The position numbers and the translations under genes were made by a program. This document shows positions 1 through 4,819 of a DNA stretch of 4,819 nt, piece after piece; position 1 is the first letter of the stretch, and each line of letters starts with the position of its first letter. The stretch lies in IMG/VR virus record IMGVR_UViG_2703719355_000023; one strand, 5' to 3'. The notes under the pieces are model-generated. The model did no database searches, was not told the origin of the DNA, and worked only from the letters and a program-made list of their open reading frames with translations. This DNA is from a virus (taxonomy: Duplodnaviria; Heunggongvirae; Uroviricota; Caudoviricetes).

Positions 1-1764
1 GTCATCCTGTTTACCTCTTTCTCAGGGAGTTTAGTCTCCAGGATTTCCGGGGCGGTTCATGGTGAATTTGTTGACGGAATTAGCGACCCGAACGATCCGA
101 AATGGGTAAAGGGGATCCAGACTCGCGACTCTGTGTACCAGAACCAGCCAGAAACGAAACAAAACACGCCAGAAACTGTAAAAACCAGCCCGGATGTGAA
201 ACAACCTGAGCCAGTAGTGCAACAGAAACCGGAAATAGTCTGCAATGCCTGCGGTCAGACTGGCGGGGATAACTGCCCTGACTGTGGTGCGGTGATGGGC
301 GACGCAACATACCAGGAAACATTCGATGAAGAGAATCAGGTTGAAGCTAAGGAAAATGATCCGGAGGAAATGGAAGGCGCTGAACATCCGCACAATGAGA
401 ATGCTGGCAGCGATCCGCATCGTGATTGCAGTGATGAAACTGGTGAAGCGTCAGCTCCTGTAGCAACTGAAATCATGTGGCCGTCATATTTCGAGCCTGG
501 CCGCTATGAAAACCTCCCGAACGAGGTTTATCACTCCGCCAACGGAATAAGCAGCACGATGCTGAAGGATGCCCGTATCAGCCTGATGTATTACCACGGA
601 CGGCACATTGCCGGAACTATTCCGAACGAGGAAAGTGATGCACTGCTGCGTGGGCGGATCATTCACAGCTATGTTCTGGAAACGGATAAATTCGCTGATG
701 AATATGCCATTCCGGTACCGGTTCCTGAATATGTGGTTACTACTTCTAGCGAACTGATCGCCATCATTAAAAAACACAATGCCAGTCTGCCAGCACTGAT
801 GACACCAGAGCAGATGAAAGAGTGGATCGAAAGCTACAACAGCACTCTTATACAGCCACTGTCTGTAAGTGCCGGGGCCGAAGAAACAGGCATCCTTTAC
901 GGTTCGCTTCCGGTGGAATTTCGGCGTATTCCTGAGGGGGAAAAACACACAGCATCAGCAATGAAAGCCTGTATTAAAGAATACAACGCAAGCCTCCCTC
1001 CTCTGTTGAAAACCAGTGGAGCACGGGAGCAGCTTCTGGATCAAATTGAAACTGTAGACCCAGAACTGGCAAAAAAAGAACGTGCTAAATCTTTGCCTTA
1101 CAACATCAGTGGCACAAAAGAGCAATTAACCGAAATCGCACGGAAAATTCGCCCGGAACTGGTGACACTGGAGGACTGGCAAAAACGCCAGCAAGAAGAA
1201 AATGCCGGGAAAACGTTTATCAGTCCGGAGATGTATGAACAGGCAAAAAATATTCACGCGGCACTGCAAAACAATACCGATGCAGCAAGGCTACTCAACC
1301 ACCCGGATCGCAAATCTGAAATCAGCTATTTCGGGTTTGATGAAGAAACCGGGCTGGAAATCAGGGTCCGTCCTGATATCGAAATCCGGCTGCCATACGA
1401 AAGCATTTGCGCTGACGTGAAGTCAGTCAGCCTCGGTTATGTGCGACAGGAACGACTTAAAGATCGCCTGCACCGTGAAATTATTGAGCGTGATTATCAC
1501 CTCAGCGCCGCAATGTATTGCGATGTGGCAAACCTGGACAAATTTTTCTGGATCTTCGTCAACAAAGATGCTGGCTATCACTGGGTGGCAGTCGTGGAAG
1601 CCTCGCAGGAACTCCTGGAACTTGGTCGACAGGAATATCGCCGGACGCTACGCCAGATAAACGAAGCCCTGGAGACAAACAACTGGCCAGCACCGATTAC
1701 CGAAAGTTATACCGACGAATTAAACGACTTTGATCTTCGTCGTCTTGAAGCACTGAGCATCTGA
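1..1764 (+). CDS. RecE-like 5'-3' dsDNA exonuclease (exodeoxyribonuclease VIII-like), 5'-partial; gene continues upstream of the window
   Basis: Frame 1 has no stop codon from nt 1 to TGA at 1762-1764, and the translation of nt 1-132 looks protein-like. The GTG at 133 used by the ORF track is probably internal. A PD-(D/E)XK-type nuclease motif is present near the C-terminus (R-P-D at 1369-1377, D-V-K at 1414-1422). An acidic low-complexity linker lies upstream of the nuclease region. The gene sits immediately upstream of, and is probably translationally linked to, a RecT-family gene, as recE is in Rac prophage. Confidence 0.6.
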   Translation, partial: VILFTSFSGSLVSRISGAVHGEFVDGISDPNDPKWVKGIQTRDSVYQNQPETKQNTPETVKTSPDVKQPEPVVQQKPEIVCNACGQTGGDNCPDCGAVMGDATYQETFDEENQVEAKENDPEEMEGAEHPHNENAGSDPHRDCSDETGEASAPVATEIMWPSYFEPGRYENLPNEVYHSANGISSTMLKDARISLMYYHGRHIAGTIPNEESDALLRGRIIHSYVLETDKFADEYAIPVPVPEYVVTTSSELIAIIKKHNASLPALMTPEQMKEWIESYNSTLIQPLSVSAGAEETGILYGSLPVEFRRIPEGEKHTASAMKACIKEYNASLPPLLKTSGAREQLLDQIETVDPELAKKERAKSLPYNISGTKEQLTEIARKIRPELVTLEDWQKRQQEENAGKTFISPEMYEQAKNIHAALQNNTDAARLLNHPDRKSEISYFGFDEETGLEIRVRPDIEIRLPYESICADVKSVSLGYVRQERLKDRLHREIIERDYHLSAAMYCDVANLDKFFWIFVNKDAGYHWVAVVEASQELLELGRQEYRRTLRQINEALETNNWPAPITESYTDELNDFDLRRLEALSI

Positions 1765-1775
1765 GGAAGGACACA

Positions 1776-2828
1776 ATGAACGAATTAACTCAACAAGAAA
1801 ATATTAACTCTAATGTTGCGGTTTTCAGCCCTCAGTCCATGGCTGCAATTCAGACATTTTCCCAGGTAATGGCTTCCGGCATGGCTACTGTACCGGAACA
1901 CCTCCGAGGAAATCCATCAGACTGCATGGCCATCACCATGCAGGCGATGCAGTGGCAAATGAACCCTTACGCAGTAGCTCAGAAAACTTTCGTTGTGAAT
2001 GGTGTGCTCGGATATGAAGCGCAACTGGTTAATGCCGTAATCAGTACTCGTGGGCCGCTAACCGGGCGTATTGAATATGACTGGTTCGGGCCGTGGGAAA
2101 AAATTATCGGGAAATTTGAAATCAGGAAGAGCGACAAAGGGAAAGAATATCGTGTACCTGGCTGGAAGCTGGCCGATGAAAACGGGATCGGTGTTCGTGT
2201 CCAGGCAACACTACGCGGCGAAAGTAAACCACGCGTACTGGAATTACTTCTGGCGCAGGCCAGAACACGTAACTCAACGCTATGGGCCGACGATCCTCGC
2301 CAGCAGCTTGCCTATCTAGCGCTGAAACGCTGGGCGCGCCTTTATTGCCCCGAAGTGATTCTTGGAGTGTACACCAGGGACGAACTGGACGAGCCACAGG
2401 AAAAAATCATTAATCCGGTTCAGGAACATAAAAACACTTCCGCTTGCCGCGCGGAACGTGAAACAACAATTATTGAGCAGGATGCCGGGGAAAACTGGAT
2501 CGATGCTTTCCGTGAACGTATTGAGCAGGCACAAAGCACCGGGGAAACAACAGCACTTCGCCAGGAAGTGGAAGATCATAAAAATACACTTGGCGCTCTC
2601 TATACGGAACTTAAAGGAAAAGTGGTTCAGCGTCATCACCGTCTCAATGCTATTGCCCGTATCGAGAAGATGATAAATGACCTACCTTCTTCAGGTGATC
2701 CAGAAGCAGAACAAAAATTTACTGCTCTGGAAAATACGCTGAATGCTGCCCGGCCACATCTGGGTGAATTATATGAGGCGTATAAAACGACACTGACAGA
2801 TATGAAACCAGAATATATCGGCTCCTGA
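1776..2828 (+). CDS. RecT-family single-strand annealing protein (phage recombinase), divergent from K-12 RecT, with a C-terminal extension
   Basis: ATG at 1776 is preceded by GAGGAAGG (1763-1770) at 5-nt spacing; stop TGA at 2826-2828. The N-terminal half has a RecT-like core pattern (GNPSDCMAITMQAMQWQMNP ... LGYEAQLVNAVISTRGP), comparable from memory to K-12 RecT GNCDTMSFVSAIVQCSQLGLEP ... GYRGMIDLARRSGQ. No Walker A motif is present, so it is not a Sak4/RecA-like protein. It occupies the recT position downstream of the exonuclease. Confidence 0.55.
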   Translation: MNELTQQENINSNVAVFSPQSMAAIQTFSQVMASGMATVPEHLRGNPSDCMAITMQAMQWQMNPYAVAQKTFVVNGVLGYEAQLVNAVISTRGPLTGRIEYDWFGPWEKIIGKFEIRKSDKGKEYRVPGWKLADENGIGVRVQATLRGESKPRVLELLLAQARTRNSTLWADDPRQQLAYLALKRWARLYCPEVILGVYTRDELDEPQEKIINPVQEHKNTSACRAERETTIIEQDAGENWIDAFRERIEQAQSTGETTALRQEVEDHKNTLGALYTELKGKVVQRHHRLNAIARIEKMINDLPSSGDPEAEQKFTALENTLNAARPHLGELYEAYKTTLTDMKPEYIGS

Positions 2829-2838
2829 TATTGACTTT

Positions 2839-2858
2839 GGCGGTGTAGCCTCACCGCC
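2839..2858 (+). other. Stem-loop (7-bp GC-rich stem GGCGGTG / CACCGCC, 6-nt loop) in the recT-ralR intergenic region; possible weak terminator or RNA processing/regulatory hairpin
   Basis: Inverted repeat at 2839-2845 and 2852-2858, 11 nt after the annealing-protein stop. It is followed by an A/T-rich stretch with T-runs at 2868-2871 and 2873-2876, but the T-tract is not directly adjacent to the stem. Confidence 0.2.
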
Positions 2859-2891
2859 ATCACAAAATTTTATTTTATGAGAGAAAAGACA

Positions 2892-3086
2892 ATGCGGTAT
2901 GAAAAAGTCAAACCATGCCCTTTTTGTGGTTGTCCATCAGTAACGGTGAAAGCCATTTCAGGATATTACCGCGCGAAGTGTAACGGATGCGAATCCCGAA
3001 CCGGCTATGGTGGAAGTGAAAAAGAAGCACTCGAACGATGGAATAAACGAACCACTGGAAATAATAATGGAGGTGTTCATGTATAA
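2892..3086 (+). CDS. ralR: Lar/RalR restriction-alleviation protein (zinc-ribbon; also described as the RalR DNase toxin of the RalR/RalA type I toxin-antitoxin pair)
   Basis: The 64-aa product MRYEKVKPCPFCGCPSVTVKAISGYYRAKCNGCESRTGYGGSEKEALERWNKR... has a CPFCG...CNGC four-cysteine motif typical of the Lar family and matches my recollection of Rac RalR in length and sequence. Start chosen at the second ATG (2892) to give the 64-aa form. It sits in the Rac-syntenic position between recT and ydaC. Confidence 0.7.
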   Translation: MRYEKVKPCPFCGCPSVTVKAISGYYRAKCNGCESRTGYGGSEKEALERWNKRTTGNNNGGVHV

Positions 3087-3267
3087 AATTACCGCCACTA
3101 TTGAAAAGGAAGGTGGCACTCCTACTAACTGGACAAGGTACTCAAAAACAAAATTAACCAAATCAGAATGCGAAAAAATGCTCTCAGGTAAAAAAGAAGC
3201 AGGCGTTTCCAGAGAGCAGAAAGTAAAACTGATAAATTTTAATTGCGAGCAACTTCAGTCCTCGTGA
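3079..3267 (+). CDS. ydaC: YdaC-like small prophage protein (DUF1187-type), function unknown
   Basis: ORF MYKITATIEKEGGTPTNWTRYSKTKLTKSECEKMLSGKKEAGVSREQKVKLINFNCEQLQSS. GGAGGTG at 3069-3075 precedes ATG at 3079, and this ATG overlaps the ralR stop (ATGTATAA). An upstream in-frame ATG at 3067 is also possible. Stop TGA at 3265-3267. Position matches ydaC of Rac prophage. Confidence 0.55.
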   Translation: MYKITATIEKEGGTPTNWTRYSKTKLTKSECEKMLSGKKEAGVSREQKVKLINFNCEQLQSS

Positions 3268-3284
3268 ATTGCATTGTATTCAAA

Positions 3285-3313
3285 TTAAAACTTCATAGCT
3301 GATTATTAATAAT
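3285..3313 (+). promoter_or_regulatory. Candidate sigma70 promoter for xis-int (-35 TTAAAA, 17-bp spacer, -10 AATAAT)
   Basis: Hexamers at 3285-3290 and 3308-3313 with a 17-bp spacer; the -10 overlaps the palindrome. The region is AT-rich, so alternative hexamer assignments are possible. Confidence 0.2.
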
Positions 3314-3314
3314 C
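3301..3314. promoter_or_regulatory. Perfect 14-bp palindrome GATTATTAATAATC, candidate operator upstream of xis-int
   Basis: The sequence at 3301-3314 is its own reverse complement (half-sites GATTATT / AATAATC). It lies in the 99-bp gap between ydaC and xis, overlapping a possible -10 element. Confidence 0.3.
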
Positions 3315-3366
3315 AACATCGGGCGTCAATTTCAGTCTAACATTGGCGCCTGCCAGAGGTGATGCG

Positions 3367-3582
3367 ATGGCACAAGTAATCTTTAATGAAGAGTGGATGG
3401 TTGAATACGGCCTGATGCTTCGCACTGGTCTGGGGGCCAGACAAATTGAAGCATACCGCCAGAACTGTTGGGTGGAAGGCTTCCACTTCAAACGAGTATC
3501 TCCTTTAGGGAAGCCAGACAGTAAGCGAGGGATTATCTGGTACAACTATCCAAAGATAAATCAGTTTATCAAAGACTCATGA
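3367..3582 (+). CDS. xisR: Excisionase (XisR/YdaQ-like)
   Basis: The 71-aa product [71 protein letters not shown] is preceded by GAGGTGA (3355-3361). Its stop TGA (3580-3582) lies one nucleotide before the integrase ATG (3584), the usual xis-int arrangement. Size and sequence fit my recollection of Rac XisR. Confidence 0.65.
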   Translation: MAQVIFNEEWMVEYGLMLRTGLGARQIEAYRQNCWVEGFHFKRVSPLGKPDSKRGIIWYNYPKINQFIKDS

Positions 3583-3583
3583 T

Positions 3584-4513
3584 ATGTCTAAATTACCAAC
3601 AGGTGTCGAGATTCGAGGTAAATACATTCGCATCTGGTTCATGTTTCGAGGAAAACGATGTCGGGAAACATTGAAAGGCTGGGAGGTTACTAACAGTAAC
3701 ATTAAAAAAGCCGGGAATTTAAGAGCGTTGATAGTTCATGAAATCAATTCCGGTGAATTTGAGTATTTAAGACGTTTCCCCCAGTCCAGCACTGGGGCAA
3801 AAATGGTGACAACGAGGGTCATAAAAACGTTCGGGGAGCTTTGTGATATCTGGACAAAAATTAAAGAGACAGAGTTAACAACAAACACAATGAAGAAAAC
3901 GAAATCACAATTAAAAACACTCAGGATAATAATTTGTGAGAGTACCCCAATATCACATATTCGTTATAGCGATATCTTAAACTACCGGAATGAACTGCTG
4001 CATGGAGAAACGCTTTACCTGGATAATCCAAGATCCAACAAAAAAGGAAGAACCGTGCGCACAGTTGATAACTATATCGCCCTGCTCTGTTCGTTGTTAC
4101 GTTTTGCGTATCAGTCGGGATTTATATCAACCAAACCATTTGAAGGAGTAAAAAAATTACAGCGAAACAGAATAAAGCCTGATCCGTTATCTAAAACAGA
4201 ATTCAATGCATTAATGGAAAGTGAAAAAGGACAGAGCCAGAACTTGTGGAAATTTGCCGTTTACTCCGGGCTTCGTCACGGGGAACTGGCTGCTCTGGCG
4301 TGGGAGGATGTGGATTTCGAGAAGGGAATTGTGAATGTCAGAAGAAACCTGACGATACTTGATATGTTCGGTCCCCCAAAAACAAATGCGGGGATTCGGA
4401 CGGTAACACTACTGCGGCCTGCTATTGAAGCACTGAAGGAGCAATACAAACTAACCGGGCATCATCGCAAAAGCGAAATCACTTTTTATCATCGGGAGTA
4501 CGGCAGAACCTAA
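3584..4513 (+). CDS. Truncated integrase N-terminal product (arm-binding and core-binding regions, no catalytic R-H/Tyr) translatable from the interrupted int gene
   Basis: 309-codon ORF from ATG 3584 to TAA 4511-4513, directly downstream of xis. It is the translatable portion of the disrupted integrase frame. Confidence 0.45.
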   Translation: MSKLPTGVEIRGKYIRIWFMFRGKRCRETLKGWEVTNSNIKKAGNLRALIVHEINSGEFEYLRRFPQSSTGAKMVTTRVIKTFGELCDIWTKIKETELTTNTMKKTKSQLKTLRIIICESTPISHIRYSDILNYRNELLHGETLYLDNPRSNKKGRTVRTVDNYIALLCSLLRFAYQSGFISTKPFEGVKKLQRNRIKPDPLSKTEFNALMESEKGQSQNLWKFAVYSGLRHGELAALAWEDVDFEKGIVNVRRNLTILDMFGPPKTNAGIRTVTLLRPAIEALKEQYKLTGHHRKSEITFYHREYGRT

Positions 4514-4819
4514 AAGCAAAAACTGCATTTTGTTTTCATGCCCAGGGTGTGTAACGGAAAACAGAAACCTTATTACTCGGTAAGCAGTCTGGGGGCGAGA
4601 TGGAATGCAGCAGTAAAACGTGCTGGTATTCGCCGCCGTAATCCGTACCATACGCGGCATACTTTTGCCTGCTGGTTGTTGACGGCAGGAGCGAACCCGG
4701 CATTTATAGCCAGCCAGATGGGGCATGAAACTGCGCAGATGGTGTATGAAATTTACGGTATGTGGATTGATGACATGAACGACGAACAGGTAGCTATGTT
4801 GAATGCGCGGTTATCATAG
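3584..4819 (+). pseudogene. intR: Rac-type tyrosine integrase, reading frame interrupted by an in-frame TAA at 4511-4513
   Basis: One continuous frame (frame 2) runs from ATG 3584 to TAG 4817-4819, 411 codons, with a single internal stop at 4511-4513 (...EYGRT*KQKLHF...). The N-terminus (MSKLPTGVEIRGKYIRIWFMFRGKRCRETLKGW...) looks like a lambda-type arm-binding domain. The catalytic signature R-H-T-F-A (4655-4669) and the C-terminal GHETAQMVYEIYGMW with the candidate catalytic Tyr (4745-4756) lie downstream of the stop. Confidence 0.7.

Noticed and set aside
133-135. GTG at 133 as the true start of the exonuclease gene
   Set aside because: The frame is open with no stop back to nt 1 and the upstream translation looks like genuine protein sequence. 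RecE-type proteins are much longer than 543 aa, so the gene more likely begins upstream of the window.
31-948. Minus-strand ORFs 31..420 (129 aa), 57..245, 80..322 and 484..948 (154 aa)
   Set aside because: They lie entirely antisense to the long RecE-like frame, their translations are hydrophobic and low-complexity without recognisable motifs, and they have no convincing ribosome-binding sites. They are most likely shadow ORFs.
1202-1733. Plus-strand alternative-frame ORFs 1202..1420, 1439..1660 and 1518..1733
   Set aside because: They are embedded in the exonuclease gene in other frames, and their products are basic and low-complexity, typical of out-of-frame translation.
2831-2836. TTGACT, a near-consensus -35 hexamer, just after the annealing-protein stop
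   Set aside because: No acceptable -10 hexamer lies 16-18 bp downstream; that position falls in the GC-rich hairpin. I do not call it a promoter.
2071-2863. ORFs 2071..2319 (+), 2362..2673 (+), 2122..2397 (-), 2316..2639 (-) and 2636..2863 (-)
   Set aside because: All overlap the RecT-family gene in alternative frames or antisense, with no motifs or start signals. I treat them as spurious.
2877-2891. Upstream ATG at 2877 as the ralR start (69-aa form)
   Set aside because: There is no Shine-Dalgarno sequence in front of it, and the 64-aa product from ATG 2892 matches the known Lar/RalR size. The 5-codon extension is kept only as an alternative.
3007-3078. Long form of the ydaC ORF starting at 3007
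   Set aside because: This start lies deep inside ralR with no ribosome-binding site, whereas ATG 3079 has GGAGG at proper spacing. ATG 3067 remains a possible alternative.
3343-3366. Upstream extension of the excisionase ORF to 3343 (79-aa form)
   Set aside because: The ribosome-binding site GAGGTGA sits inside this extension and serves ATG 3367, which gives the 71-aa size expected for XisR.
2958-3545. Minus-strand ORFs 2958..3161 (67 aa) and 3306..3545 (79 aa)
   Set aside because: They are antisense to ralR/ydaC and to xis, with no coding signal. Any antisense function here is more likely an sRNA (RalA) than these peptides.
4451-4726. Minus-strand ORF 4451..4726 (91 aa) across the integrase stop codon region
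   Set aside because: It is antisense to the conserved integrase catalytic region and shows no motifs; probably a shadow ORF.
4538-4819. ORF 4538..4819 as an independent 93-aa gene
   Set aside because: It is in the same frame as the upstream integrase ORF and encodes the integrase catalytic C-terminus. It is the downstream part of the interrupted int gene, not a separate gene.
1-4819. CRISPR arrays, tRNA or rRNA genes, insertion-sequence inverted repeats
   Set aside because: I found no regularly spaced direct repeats, no cloverleaf-like tRNA candidates and no transposase-like ORFs in the window.

Overview
This window looks like the integration and recombination end of a Rac-like lambdoid prophage from an enterobacterium, with every supported gene on the + strand. 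The order is: a RecE-like exonuclease (1..1764, continues upstream of the window), a RecT-family annealing protein (1776..2828), Lar/RalR (2892..3086), a YdaC-like small protein (3079..3267), an excisionase (3367..3582) and a tyrosine integrase (3584..4819). The integrase frame contains an in-frame TAA at 4511-4513, upstream of the catalytic R-H and Tyr residues, so as written it is a pseudogene unless this is a sequencing error. The annealing protein is clearly not the 269-aa E. coli K-12 RecT that I recall, so the recombination module appears to be a divergent variant. I see no CRISPR array, tRNA, rRNA or insertion sequence. I do not find a clearly new multi-gene system; the points most worth follow-up are the integrase nonsense codon, the divergent exonuclease/annealing pair, the RalR toxin / anti-restriction gene, and a perfect 14-bp palindrome upstream of xis-int. 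All family assignments rest on motif recognition and synteny from memory, not on database searches.
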